Notes: generated from the letters alone by a model not told the origin. Numbered from the stretch's first letter, positions 36,755 to 46,503 are shown. The stretch: DNA of 64,000 nucleotides from an uncultured Gammaproteobacteria bacterium (GCA_942490785.1 CALNYJ010000004.1:700427-764426), one strand, 5' to 3'. Translations and numbers: made by a program.

Positions 36755-37282
36755 TTAGTGATCCAGTTCGAGGGCTTCTTCCAGCCCCTCGACCTTGCGC
36801 TCTATAGAACGGGTAATCAGCGTCACCAGAAACACGCCCGACAATGCGCCGACCATACCGGCCATCGTGGGGATGGTTGCCTTGGAAACACCCGACGCCA
36901 TTGAACGGGCATTACCGGTTCCGGAAATGGCCATAACGTCGAACACCTCGATCATGCCGGTTACCGTACCCATCAGCCCCAGTAGCGGACACAGAGCCAC
37001 CAGCGTCTGAATCACCGGCACCCAGTTGTTGGCAGCCATGTCATAACCCGACAGCAATTTATCGCGTATCTGGTGAGCATTCCACGACTTGCGGTCAGCG
37101 CGCGACTGCCACAACGAAATGGCGTCATTGGCCATCGCAGTCAAACCGCTTCTGAAAAATATCAGTCGCTCAATGATCAGCACCCACATCGCAAAGATGG
37201 TGATGGCAATCAAGCTCAACACGTCGCCGCCAAGCTCCAGGAAATCCCGGACTGCGACAATTGGCACTAACAGCCAATCCAT
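36755..37282 (-). CDS. exbB: MotA/TolQ/ExbB proton-channel protein
   Basis: 175 aa, 3 TM, with the LLGLMGTVTGMI motif. Confidence 0.75.
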   Translation of the reverse strand: MDWLLVPIVAVRDFLELGGDVLSLIAITIFAMWVLIIERLIFFRSGLTAMANDAISLWQSRADRKSWNAHQIRDKLLSGYDMAANNWVPVIQTLVALCPLLGLMGTVTGMIEVFDVMAISGTGNARSMASGVSKATIPTMAGMVGALSGVFLVTLITRSIERKVEGLEEALELDH

Positions 37283-37321
37283 TCCGAATCCTCTCTAGCT
37301 ATCCTTCGACGCACCCAATAC

Positions 37322-38707
37322 TCAGGAAGAAGAAACGCCATGCTTTTCGGCATGCTCGGCAATAATGCCGGCACTCTGTTCCTGCAGGATCTGCACGATG
37401 CGCTTGCTGCGGCCGCTCACAAGCGTATGCAGCAACACGGTGGGAATCGCTACCGTGAGACCCAGCACCGTCGTCACCAACGCCTGCGAAATACCGCCGG
37501 CCATCAGCTTCGGATCACCCGTACCGTACAGGGTGATTGCCTGGAAGGTCTGGATCATGCCGGTAACCGTACCCAACAGCCCCATCAGAGGTGCCACCAC
37601 GGAGATGATCTTAATGAACAGCAGCGCCCGATTAAGGGCCGGCGTTTCTTTAAAGATCGCCTCGGACAGCTTGAGCTCAAGCGTTCCGGTATCGGCTTGT
37701 TTATTATCCTGATAAACACTGAGCACACGGCCCAGGGCGTTGTCGCTGCTCGGCGTGTCGCTGGCAAGCTGTGCTGTTACCTTGCGGCTGGCAACACCCA
37801 ACACCACCATGCGCTCGAGCGAAATCAGCAGGCCGACTATACCCAGCGCAATGATGAGGTAACCCACAAGACCACCCTGCTGCACCCGTTCAATCAGATT
37901 CGGACGGGATACATAGGTGCCCAGAACGCCACCGGCAGTCGGGTCTATGCCGAAACGCACCAAGCCGTCGGATGCGTCAAGCAGCTCCGAGGTACTGTTA
38001 ACAAAGCGACGTGCATCTGGCTGCCGAGCCAATTCCGCGACGCGCCCGTTTTCGTACTTGAGGTATTTACCGTCTGCAGCAATGTTGAATACACCGACAC
38101 GAACAACGTCCATATTCTGCTGACTGCCGTCATTCATCAACACAGTCGTGTTGTACTTGACGACGCGGCCGCTTTCGGTCATTTCACGGTGCAATTCGAA
38201 CCACAGGCGATCAATTTCCTCAAGCGATGGCAGCTTCGTGCTGCTGCCGATCTTCTTGGCCAGGTTCTCCAGAAACACCACGCGATCAGGGTTTTCGGCA
38301 TTTGTAACCGAGGCTTCGAAGCGCGTACGGGCATCACCCGCAACCTGCTGCATTACGCCAAACAACTCTTTGAGCGACCCCAGCCGTTCGTTGAGATCAT
38401 TTTCGAGTTTCTTTAACTCTTCCTTATTGGCGGCAGCTTCTGCTTCAAGACGCTGACTGCGCTGCTCTTCGCTGCTCTTCTGACCGGTAGCTTCGTTCAA
38501 CAGACGCTGTTGATCCGCTTTGGCTTTATTAAAGCGCTCTTCCCGCTCACGGTTTTCCTTGTTGTCCTGAATACGGCCTTGCTCAACCTTCCGCAACAGC
38601 TGATCCATGCTCATTGCCTGCTGCGCCATCGCGGGGGACGCCGCGATAACCATACCGACAACCGTCGCTGCAAACAGCGACACGCTTTTATGTGTTAAAC
38701 GTTTCAT
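37322..38707 (-). CDS. long MotA/TolQ/ExbB-family protein with N-terminal periplasmic coiled-coil (TtpC-like)
   Basis: 461 aa. It has a signal peptide, a Glu/Lys/Gln-rich coiled-coil and a C-terminal ExbB-like channel (PLMGLLGTVTGMIQTF). Confidence 0.7.
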   Translation of the reverse strand: MKRLTHKSVSLFAATVVGMVIAASPAMAQQAMSMDQLLRKVEQGRIQDNKENREREERFNKAKADQQRLLNEATGQKSSEEQRSQRLEAEAAANKEELKKLENDLNERLGSLKELFGVMQQVAGDARTRFEASVTNAENPDRVVFLENLAKKIGSSTKLPSLEEIDRLWFELHREMTESGRVVKYNTTVLMNDGSQQNMDVVRVGVFNIAADGKYLKYENGRVAELARQPDARRFVNSTSELLDASDGLVRFGIDPTAGGVLGTYVSRPNLIERVQQGGLVGYLIIALGIVGLLISLERMVVLGVASRKVTAQLASDTPSSDNALGRVLSVYQDNKQADTGTLELKLSEAIFKETPALNRALLFIKIISVVAPLMGLLGTVTGMIQTFQAITLYGTGDPKLMAGGISQALVTTVLGLTVAIPTVLLHTLVSGRSKRIVQILQEQSAGIIAEHAEKHGVSSS

Positions 38708-39481
38708 TTAGCCAGCCTCCGGCGCGGGTACGGGCAACAGCAGCAAATCGGGCGCAACCTGCTTTTTAGCGATCTTCAGACCCGCACGAATCTGGTTCTT
38801 ATATGAATCGGCCTCTTCCCAGCGACGGGCAGCCTGATCCCATACGCCGGAATACGCGCCATCCTGAGTCTGGTACAGAAGGGCAATACGGCCGACGCGC
38901 AGAAAATCAACATTGCGCTCTTCGCCGCCAATTTCCAGCGTGCCCGTGTAAGCCTCAATAGTGCGACCGTAATCGTTCTCGATCTGATAAGCCTCGGTCA
39001 CCTTGCGGAATTTTTCCGCCACGTTCACATTGGACTCGGCCATCAGGTCATCAAGATTGGCGACGCGATTGCGACGCTCATCTATAAGGAAAGGAACATC
39101 AAGCTCAACAAACTCTCGCAGGCCCTCGATCATCCGAGTCATGGAGGGAACAATCTGGCGATTGATTACCTCAACCTGAGTAATGGAGTCGTTTAACTCA
39201 TCCATTTTTAAGGCCTGGCCGTCGATCTGACGCTGCAACAATGTGTTGTAGATCTGCAGACCTTCGATTTCTTTTAGCAATCGCTTGTACTGATCTTCTT
39301 TCTTGCGCGTATCCGCAACAACAGCATCAATCTTCTGTTGTGACTCCTGCGCAAGCTTGGTACGACGTTGCTCTGCGCTGATTACGTCGTTAAGCGACTG
39401 GGCCGACCCGACCGTGGGTGCTATCAGTGCAATAGATACACCAATGGCAGCCAGGTGGGATGTCCACTTGGTAGAACTCAT
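38708..39481 (-). CDS. DUF3450-type periplasmic protein, first gene of the TonB2-type cluster
   Basis: 257 aa with a signal peptide and a coiled-coil region. It abuts the TtpC-like gene. The family name is recalled from Vibrio-type TonB2 loci. Confidence 0.55.
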   Translation of the reverse strand: MSSTKWTSHLAAIGVSIALIAPTVGSAQSLNDVISAEQRRTKLAQESQQKIDAVVADTRKKEDQYKRLLKEIEGLQIYNTLLQRQIDGQALKMDELNDSITQVEVINRQIVPSMTRMIEGLREFVELDVPFLIDERRNRVANLDDLMAESNVNVAEKFRKVTEAYQIENDYGRTIEAYTGTLEIGGEERNVDFLRVGRIALLYQTQDGAYSGVWDQAARRWEEADSYKNQIRAGLKIAKKQVAPDLLLLPVPAPEAG

Positions 39482-39843
39482 GAAGCGTCCCCTTCGATAA
39501 ACAATATCGGAGTGTTCCGTTGAAAATTACCGGGATGTTATTTGGTATTTGAATATGCAGTCCCGGCATACCCCTAACCTTACTACAGACGAACACCCCT
39601 TTTACACAGTCACCCGGCACCTGAAAATCACGCCAGACTGGTAATCCGACCTGATAGCGAGCTCAGATGCGCGGGGGTTATCGGCCTAAAAAATTTCTAG
39701 CCCCTCAGGCCGCGCGCAAGAATAGCACAACAATAATCCAGCGCCAGCCCTTATCTGGACTGCATTGCAGCCGACCTGAAGCAAACTTTCCGGTTAACCG
39801 CAGAGTGACATCAGGCCTATGCCCCATGCCGTGGCCGCATCGG

Positions 39844-39872
39844 TTGACAAGGCGCCGACATTGCAAGAAGAT
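39844..39872 (+). promoter_or_regulatory. candidate sigma70 promoter of the leu operon
   Basis: A perfect -35 TTGACA (39844-39849), a 17-nt spacer and a weak -10 GAAGAT (39867-39872). This is pattern only. Confidence 0.3.
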
Positions 39873-39880
39873 ACCCAGCT

Positions 39881-39991
39881 ATGTCTTATAAGCCAAATTA
39901 CCTCCGCAGCGCCGTGGTTATTGTGCCTGCTTACCTAACCCTGTTGCTCCCCTGCAGAGAGAGGGTCGGGTGCGGACGACTACAAGGCTAA
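39881..39991 (+). CDS. candidate leu-operon leader peptide (36 aa, MSYKPNYLRSAVVIVPAYLTLLLPCRERVGCGRLQG)
   Basis: Small ORF with a VVIV run and an L-T-L-L-L run. Its 3' part covers the upstream arm of an antiterminator pairing. No convincing Shine-Dalgarno, and it starts very close to the candidate promoter. Confidence 0.35.
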   Translation: MSYKPNYLRSAVVIVPAYLTLLLPCRERVGCGRLQG

Positions 39992-40008
39992 TAGAACCTT
40001 AAATTCAC

Positions 40009-40044
40009 AAAACCCCGCACCCGACAAGGTAGCGGGGTTTTTTT
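40009..40044 (+). terminator. attenuator: intrinsic terminator immediately upstream of leuA, with an alternative antiterminator pairing
   Basis: CCCCGC (40013-40018) pairs with GCGGGG (40032-40037), followed by 7 T (40038-40044). GTCGGGTGCGG (39965-39975) is perfectly complementary to CCGCACCCGAC (40015-40025), which includes the 5' terminator arm. No plus-strand gene ends upstream, so this is not an ordinary gene-end terminator. Confidence 0.6.
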
Positions 40045-40104
40045 ATGCCGCTGATGCGGCACTTAGACAACGACAATGGCACAACGACAATGGAGAGCAG
40101 ACAG

Positions 40105-41682
40105 ATGAACAAGCGCAACGACGATCGCGTTATCATCTTTGACACCACCCTCCGGGATGGTGAACAGGCACCCGGCTGCAGCATGACGCTGCGCGAAAAG
40201 CTGCGAGTTGCCTCTGCCCTACGCGACCTCAATGTAGACGTTATCGAGGCCGGCTTTGCCGCTGCTTCACCGGGCGACTTCGAGTCGGTACAGGCAATTG
40301 CCAGTGAAATAAAAGGCCCGACGATCTGCAGCCTGGCGCGGTGCCATCCCGATGATATTGCCAAGGCGGCCGCAGCCGTTAAGGGTGCGGAAAAAAGCCG
40401 CATCCACGTGTTTGTCGCCACCAGCGAAATCCACCGCAACCTGAAGCTGCAAATGGCGAAGGAAGAAATCATTCGGCGCGCTGTCGAATCGGTTCGTCTT
40501 GCGCGCGAGCATTGCGATGACGTGGAATTTTCCGCTGAGGACGCCTCGCGCACCGAGTTCGGGTACCTGGCCGAGGTTGTACAGGCGGTTATCGAAGCCG
40601 GGGCGCGCACCATCAATATTCCGGACACGGTGGGCTATACAGTACCCGCGGAATTCGCGGAGATGTTCAGCTACCTGAAAAACAACGTGCCGGATGTCGA
40701 CAAAATCGTCCTGAGCGTGCACTGCCATGACGATCTGGGCATGGCCGTAGCAAACAGCCTGGCAGCGGTCACTGCCGGCGCGCGACAGGTTGAGTGCACT
40801 ATCAATGGCATTGGCGAACGCGCAGGTAATTGCTCGCTCGAAGAAGTGGTCATGGCGCTGAAAACGCGCGAGAACTTCTTTGGCATCGGCACGAATATCG
40901 ATACGACGCGCCTCTATCCGACCAGTCGTCTGGTTGCCAGCGTTACGGGCATGCACGTGCCGCGCAACAAGGCGGTCGTTGGCGAAAATGCTTTCGCGCA
41001 CGAAGCCGGCATTCACCAGCACGGCATGCTGAAAGATGCTTCGACGTACGAAATCATGAAGCCGGAGGACGTCGGTCTGAGCCGCTCGAACCTGGTGCTC
41101 GGCAAGCACAGCGGTCGGCATGCCTTCCGCGAGCGTGTCGCGCAACTGGGGTTCAGCCTTGATGATGAGGAGCTCAACCGCGCCTTTGACGATTTTAAAG
41201 AGCTGGCGGATCGCAAAAAAGAATTGTTCGACGGCGACATCGAAGCCATCATCATGAACGTGGGCGACACCACTCCGGGCCCGTGGCATATAGAAGAGCT
41301 GCTGATATCGGCCGGCTCAGCCAGCATCGCGAGTGCGGCGGTCAAGCTCTGTCACACTGACGGCCGACAGGCCAACGAAGCGGCCGTAGGCGACGGGCCT
41401 GTAGAGGCAGCGTTCAAGGCTATAGAACGTTGCGTAGGCTTTAACATGAAACTGCGTAACTTTGAGGTGCGCAGTGTGACCATGGGCGAAGATGCGCAGG
41501 GCGAAGTCACCGTGACCGTGGAATATAATGGCCACAGCTACCGCGGTAACGGCGTCAGCACTGATATCGTCGAAGCGGGCGCTCTCGCCTACCTGGAAGT
41601 GATAAACCGCGTTGTGCGTCGACGTGAATCCGGCACCGACGAGCGTGTCGCAACGGATGACAAAGGTGCTGCGGTTATCTGA
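40105..41682 (+). CDS. leuA: 2-isopropylmalate synthase
   Basis: VIIFDTTLRDGEQAPG, HCHDDLGMAVANSLAA and a C-terminal LeuA regulatory domain. I prefer the start at ATG 40105 (GGAGAG Shine-Dalgarno 7 nt upstream). The track start at 40045 lies in the terminator T-tract. Confidence 0.9.
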   Translation: MNKRNDDRVIIFDTTLRDGEQAPGCSMTLREKLRVASALRDLNVDVIEAGFAAASPGDFESVQAIASEIKGPTICSLARCHPDDIAKAAAAVKGAEKSRIHVFVATSEIHRNLKLQMAKEEIIRRAVESVRLAREHCDDVEFSAEDASRTEFGYLAEVVQAVIEAGARTINIPDTVGYTVPAEFAEMFSYLKNNVPDVDKIVLSVHCHDDLGMAVANSLAAVTAGARQVECTINGIGERAGNCSLEEVVMALKTRENFFGIGTNIDTTRLYPTSRLVASVTGMHVPRNKAVVGENAFAHEAGIHQHGMLKDASTYEIMKPEDVGLSRSNLVLGKHSGRHAFRERVAQLGFSLDDEELNRAFDDFKELADRKKELFDGDIEAIIMNVGDTTPGPWHIEELLISAGSASIASAAVKLCHTDGRQANEAAVGDGPVEAAFKAIERCVGFNMKLRNFEVRSVTMGEDAQGEVTVTVEYNGHSYRGNGVSTDIVEAGALAYLEVINRVVRRRESGTDERVATDDKGAAVI

Positions 41683-41734
41683 CCGCTGCAAACATTGACT
41701 TAATTTTGGCTAGCACGATTAGCGAGGAATACTA

Positions 41735-42700
41735 ATGCCATTCAATAAGTGCGATTGGATCTGGCAGAACGGGAAACTGGTCGCCTGGGAAGACGCTAAA
41801 GTGCATGTGCTTACGCATGCGCTGCATTACGGCTCATCGGTATTTGAAGGCATCCGCGTGTACCGCACGCCGGACGGCCTGAAAGTATTCAGGCTCGATG
41901 CCCACACAGAGCGGATGTTCGAATCGGCGAAAATCCATCGCATCCCGATGCCCTATTCGCCGGCGCAGATTAATGCGGCGTGCAGTGAAGTGGTGTTACG
42001 CAATAATCTCGTTAACGGCGCGTATATCCGGCCCATCGCCTTTCGCGGTTACGGCGAAATCGGACTGGCGCCGGCCCCCGGCCATCCCACCGATGTGGTT
42101 GTGGCTGCATGGCAGTGGGGAGCGTATCTGGGTGCCGAAGCCCTGGAAAATGGCGTCGATGCAGGCATTTCTTCGTGGCAGCGCGTCGCACCGAATACCC
42201 TGCCCGCCCTCGCCAAGGCAGGCGGCAACTACCTGTCCAGCACACTGATCAGTCTGGAAGCCAAGGCCAACGGTTATCACGAAGGTATCGCGCTGTCCAC
42301 GGATGGCAACGTCAGCGAAGGAGCCGGCGAAAATCTGTTCGTTGTGAAGCGCGGTAAAATTTTCACGCCGCCTGCTGCTGCATCAATACTGACGGGCATT
42401 ACACGCGACACCATCATCACCCTTGCCAATGAGGCCGGCTATCAGGTCGTGGAGCAGGCAATCCCGCGGGAAATGCTGTACATCGCTGACGAAATGTTCA
42501 TGACAGGCACGGCAGCTGAAGTAACGCCGGTAAGGTCGGTTGATCGCATCGAGATTGGCAACGGCAGCCGCGGCGACATAACTGCGGATCTGCAGCGCCG
42601 CTTTTTTGGCCTGTTCGATGGCACCACAGAAGACAAATGGGGCTGGTTGCAAGCGCTGGATGATGCGGACGCAGGCTCAATGGAGAAAGTTGGATCATGA
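41735..42700 (+). CDS. ilvE: branched-chain amino acid aminotransferase
   Basis: 321 aa with IWQNGKLVAWEDAKVHVLTHALHYGSSVFEGIR and EGAGENLF motifs of class IV aminotransferases. Confidence 0.85.
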   Translation: MPFNKCDWIWQNGKLVAWEDAKVHVLTHALHYGSSVFEGIRVYRTPDGLKVFRLDAHTERMFESAKIHRIPMPYSPAQINAACSEVVLRNNLVNGAYIRPIAFRGYGEIGLAPAPGHPTDVVVAAWQWGAYLGAEALENGVDAGISSWQRVAPNTLPALAKAGGNYLSSTLISLEAKANGYHEGIALSTDGNVSEGAGENLFVVKRGKIFTPPAAASILTGITRDTIITLANEAGYQVVEQAIPREMLYIADEMFMTGTAAEVTPVRSVDRIEIGNGSRGDITADLQRRFFGLFDGTTEDKWGWLQALDDADAGSMEKVGS

Positions 42701-44103
42701 GTGGCAAGTCTCTTTTCGAAAAAGTCTGGGACGATCACGTTGTCGTTCCGGAAACGGCTGATACGCCGGCGATTTTCTATATAGACCTGCACATCATTCA
42801 CGAGGTCACCACCCCGCAGGCATTTAATATGCTGCGCGAGACGGGCATGCCGGTGCGGCGTACCGATCTGGTACTCGCAACGATGGATCACTCGACGCCC
42901 ACGGTGCCGATTGAAAACCTCGAGGAAAGTCTGGACGCGGTGTCCGATCCGGAGCCCGCTGCGCAGATACGCGCGATGGTGAAAAACTGTGCGGATTTCG
43001 GCATCGAACTGCACGGCTTTGGCAGCGGCCATCGCGGCATCGTGCACGTGATAGGCCCCGAGATCGGCGCAACTCAGCCGGGCAAAACCATTGTCTGTGG
43101 CGACAGTCACTCATCCACCCACGGCGCATTTGGCGCCATGGGCTTCGGCATCGGCGCGACCATGGTCGGGCATGTACTGGCCACGCAATGCCTGCTGATC
43201 AGAAAGCCGAAATCCATGGCCGTCAATATCACCGGTAAGCTCAGACCCGGCGTGGGTGCCAAAGACGTGATACTCGCACTGATCGGCAAGATCGGCGTCG
43301 ACGGCGGCACCGGCCATGTCATCGAGTACCGCGGCGACACCGTCAGCGCGATGAACATGGAAGAGCGCATGACCATCTGCAACATGACGATTGAGGCCGG
43401 CGCCCGCGCGGGCATGATCGCACCGGATCAAACCACCATTGACTATCTTCGCGGCCGCGAGAAAGTGCCCAAAGGCGCCGACTGGGATGCAGCCGTTGAG
43501 CGCTGGCTGGCGCTGGCATCCGATCCAGACGCCACCTTTGATATCGAGGTGGATCTGGATGTTTCCGAACTGGAGCCGCAGGTAACTTACGGAACCAACC
43601 CGGCCATGGTCGTGCCAATTTCAAAACCGGTACCGAATCCCGGCAGCAACCTGAGCCACAAAAAATCGATTCAATACATGCAGGTTGAAGCCGACCGGCC
43701 AATGCTCGGCACCAAAGTAGACGTTGTGTTTGTCGGCAGTTGCACCAATTCCCGCATGACCGATTTGCGCAACGTTGCAAAAATCCTCGACGGTCGCAAA
43801 GTCGCCGACACGGTACGCATGCTGATAGTACCGGGGTCGGACTCGGTGAAAAAACAAGCCGAAAGCGAAGGCCTGGATAAAATCTTTGTTGCCGCAGGCG
43901 CCGAATGGCGTGAAGCCGGCTGTTCAATGTGTCTTGGCATGAACAGCGACAAACTGGGCAAAGGTCAGCTTTGCGTGAGCACCAGCAACCGTAATTTTGA
44001 AGGTCGTCAGGGCCCTGGCGGACGGACCGTGCTGGCCAGCCCGGAGACCGCGGCGGCCTCCGCCGTGGCCGGCGTTATAGCCGACCCGCGCGACGTCATT
44101 TAG
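42697..44103 (+). CDS. leuC: 3-isopropylmalate dehydratase large subunit
   Basis: 468 aa with the aconitase-family Cys ligands (GSCTNSR, CSMCLGMN). A 4-nt overlap with ilvE. Confidence 0.9.
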   Translation: MSGKSLFEKVWDDHVVVPETADTPAIFYIDLHIIHEVTTPQAFNMLRETGMPVRRTDLVLATMDHSTPTVPIENLEESLDAVSDPEPAAQIRAMVKNCADFGIELHGFGSGHRGIVHVIGPEIGATQPGKTIVCGDSHSSTHGAFGAMGFGIGATMVGHVLATQCLLIRKPKSMAVNITGKLRPGVGAKDVILALIGKIGVDGGTGHVIEYRGDTVSAMNMEERMTICNMTIEAGARAGMIAPDQTTIDYLRGREKVPKGADWDAAVERWLALASDPDATFDIEVDLDVSELEPQVTYGTNPAMVVPISKPVPNPGSNLSHKKSIQYMQVEADRPMLGTKVDVVFVGSCTNSRMTDLRNVAKILDGRKVADTVRMLIVPGSDSVKKQAESEGLDKIFVAAGAEWREAGCSMCLGMNSDKLGKGQLCVSTSNRNFEGRQGPGGRTVLASPETAAASAVAGVIADPRDVI

Positions 44104-44114
44104 GAATCGAAATC

Positions 44115-44711
44115 ATGGAAAAAATTACCCAGCTGACTTCAAAAACCATCGTTTTGGCAATCGACGATGTCGATACTGATCAGATTGTTCCTGCGCGCTT
44201 CCTGACCACAACAGAACGGGAAGGCATCGGTGTGTCACTGTTTGCCGACTGGCGTTTTGACAAAGACGGTAACGAAATAGCAGATTTCCCCTTAAATTCG
44301 CCCGATGCCAAGGGACGACAAATCCTGGTGGCCGGTCGTAATTTTGGCTGCGGTTCATCGCGGGAACACGCGCCATGGGCGCTGCATGATTTCGGCATTC
44401 GTGCCGTCATTAGCAGCGAAATCGCCGATATTTTTCGCAACAACTCGCTCAACAACGGCCTCATACCGGTTGTCGTTGACACCGCAACGCACCGATGGCT
44501 ACTGGACAATCCCGGTGCAGAGGTAACGGTGGACGTAGAAGCCTGCACAGTCACCCTGCCCACCGGCAAAACCGTCAGCTTCCCCATCGAACCGTTTGCG
44601 CGCCACTGCATCATTGAAGGCATCGACCAGATGGGCTTTTTGCTGCAGAACCTCGACAACATCAAGGCGTTCGAAAGCAGCCGCGCCTGGAACCCGAGCC
44701 TCGACATCTAG
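44115..44711 (+). CDS. leuD: 3-isopropylmalate dehydratase small subunit
   Basis: 198 aa with [17 protein letters not shown]. Confidence 0.9.
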   Translation: MEKITQLTSKTIVLAIDDVDTDQIVPARFLTTTEREGIGVSLFADWRFDKDGNEIADFPLNSPDAKGRQILVAGRNFGCGSSREHAPWALHDFGIRAVISSEIADIFRNNSLNNGLIPVVVDTATHRWLLDNPGAEVTVDVEACTVTLPTGKTVSFPIEPFARHCIIEGIDQMGFLLQNLDNIKAFESSRAWNPSLDI

Positions 44712-44719
44712 GACACCGC

Positions 44720-45784
44720 ATGCAAGCCACTATTGCCATTCTGCCGGGCGACGGCATCGGCGCCGAAGTCACGCGTGAAGCAGTCAAGGTGCTGCGTGCC
44801 GTGGAAACGAAATTCGGCCATCGCTTTGACCTGCCTGAAGCACTGATCGGCGGGGCCGGTCTGGATGCTGAAAACGACCCGTTCCCGCAGCAGACCGCTG
44901 CAATATGCGCCGACGCTGCAGCGGTTTTGCTGGGCGCAGTCGGCGGGCCGAAATGGGACAACGTACCGACGGAATCGCGGCCCGAAAAAGGCCTGCTGCG
45001 CCTGCGTGCCGCGCTGAACGTGTTTGCCAATCTGCGGCCCGTTGCGCCCCACCCCATCCTGTCAGGAGCGTCACCCATTCGTGCCGAGTTGCTGAAGGGC
45101 GTGGATATCATGGTGGTGCGCGAATTGACGGGTGGCATTTATTTTGGTGAAAAGTCGCGCACCCAGGACAGCGCCACCGACGTGTGCACCTACACCCGCG
45201 GCGAAATCGAGCGCGTGCTGCACATTGCCGCGAAACTCGCCGCCGGTCGCCGCAACAAAGTCACGTCAGTGGACAAATCGAATGTACTGGAAACATCCCG
45301 GCTATGGCGCGAAGTCACGATCGAGTTGATGCAGCGAGATTACCCCGATATCGAGCTGGAACATTTGCTCGTGGATGCGGCAGCCATGCACCTGCTGTCG
45401 CGCCCTGCCGACTTTGACGTACTGGTCACCGAGAACATGTTCGGCGATATTCTGACCGATGAAGCGTCCATGCTGGCAGGCTCCATGGGCATGCTGCCAT
45501 CGGCGTCCCTGAACGACGGCTCGGTGGGCTTGTATGAACCGATCCACGGTTCGGCGCCGGATATCGCCGGCCGGAATATCGCCAATCCCTGCGGCACTGT
45601 GCTCAGTGCAGCCATGTTGCTGCGCCTGTCACTGGGTCTGGACGAAGAAGCTACCGCGGTTGAAGACGCGGTCAATCGGGTACTGAGTGACGGCTTGCGC
45701 ACTGGGGATATTGCCAGAGCCGGTGAAAGCGCCATTGGCACTGCAGAATTCGGCAGCGCGATTGCAGCCGCAGTCGCGGCCTGA
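44720..45784 (+). CDS. leuB: 3-isopropylmalate dehydrogenase
   Basis: 354 aa with [23 protein letters not shown] and GSAPDIAG. Confidence 0.9.
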   Translation: MQATIAILPGDGIGAEVTREAVKVLRAVETKFGHRFDLPEALIGGAGLDAENDPFPQQTAAICADAAAVLLGAVGGPKWDNVPTESRPEKGLLRLRAALNVFANLRPVAPHPILSGASPIRAELLKGVDIMVVRELTGGIYFGEKSRTQDSATDVCTYTRGEIERVLHIAAKLAAGRRNKVTSVDKSNVLETSRLWREVTIELMQRDYPDIELEHLLVDAAAMHLLSRPADFDVLVTENMFGDILTDEASMLAGSMGMLPSASLNDGSVGLYEPIHGSAPDIAGRNIANPCGTVLSAAMLLRLSLGLDEEATAVEDAVNRVLSDGLRTGDIARAGESAIGTAEFGSAIAAAVAA

Positions 45785-45915
45785 CCCTCGCAGTGGGGCG
45801 CGCGCACTAAAAGTCCGGACCGCGGTTCATACGGACATCTCACAATGGCGCGGCACTTTGCGCCCGCACTAAGCTGGGCAGGTTTTCACCCCATCTATTG
45901 CCGGAGAACTCGCCC

Positions 45916-46434
45916 ATGAATAAGCTGCGCACATTGAAACTGACCATCCTTGTCAGCCTGAGCATGCTCGGCCTGGTGCCGTTAGCTCAGGCGGCCGACA
46001 GCAGTCCCGCGGCCACAATTAAAGCGTTTAACGATGCAATAAACAGTCGCGACATTGACACCATGGTGGCCCAACTTGCCAAAGGCGGCGTGCAGCTGTC
46101 CCTGCGGCCTGCTCACCCGGGCATGCCGGCGGAAATGCCACTGAGCAGCGATATTCAGGGCACCTGGCGCACTGTTGGCGCGGTCTTGTTCTCCACCACT
46201 GAAAGCTACCAGCGGAGCGTCAGCATTACGGACAGCGTTGAGAACGGGGATCTGGCAACGGTGTGGGCCGATGCCATCACCACCACCGTTCGCAAAGCCG
46301 GAGACGAACCCATGGTGCTTAACTTCAGCGAACTCTATTTGCTGGTCAAAAAAGACGGGCGATGGCAAATAGCCGCCTACGCCGATAATCGCCAGCCAGA
46401 CAATATTGATATAGGCGGCGATCAGGCGGACTAA
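45916..46434 (+). CDS. secreted SnoaL-like/DUF4440 (NTF2-fold) protein
   Basis: A signal peptide (MNKLRTLKLTILVSLSMLGLVPLAQA) is followed by ...IKAFNDAINSRDIDTMV..., typical of NTF2-like domains. Start at ATG 45916, with a GGAGA Shine-Dalgarno. Confidence 0.5.
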   Translation: MNKLRTLKLTILVSLSMLGLVPLAQAADSSPAATIKAFNDAINSRDIDTMVAQLAKGGVQLSLRPAHPGMPAEMPLSSDIQGTWRTVGAVLFSTTESYQRSVSITDSVENGDLATVWADAITTTVRKAGDEPMVLNFSELYLLVKKDGRWQIAAYADNRQPDNIDIGGDQAD

Positions 46435-46479
46435 TTTGCGTAACAGCCTTGCATAGCTGTCACTTCTAAGTTACATAAA

Positions 46480-46503
46480 CCCCTGCTCAGCAGGGGTTTT
46501 TTT
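46480..46503 (+). terminator. rho-independent terminator
   Basis: CCCCTGC-tca-GCAGGGG (46480-46496) followed by 7 T (46497-46503). Confidence 0.75.

Noticed and set aside
39496-39508. A Fur-box-like sequence (GATAAACAATATC) just upstream of the TonB2-type operon start.
   Set aside because: Only a partial resemblance to the 19-bp GATAATGATAATCATTATC consensus, judged by eye and with no dyad partner. Too weak to annotate without a scoring matrix.
40045-40104. The ORF-track start of leuA at ATG 40045 (an MPLMRHLDNDNGTTTMESRQ extension).
   Set aside because: That ATG sits in the T-tract of the leader terminator, and the extension is not LeuA-like. ATG 40105 has a GGAGAG Shine-Dalgarno and gives the conserved N-terminus. 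Similar N-terminal trimming was applied at 21927, 30164, 32968, 24054, 23521 and 45898.
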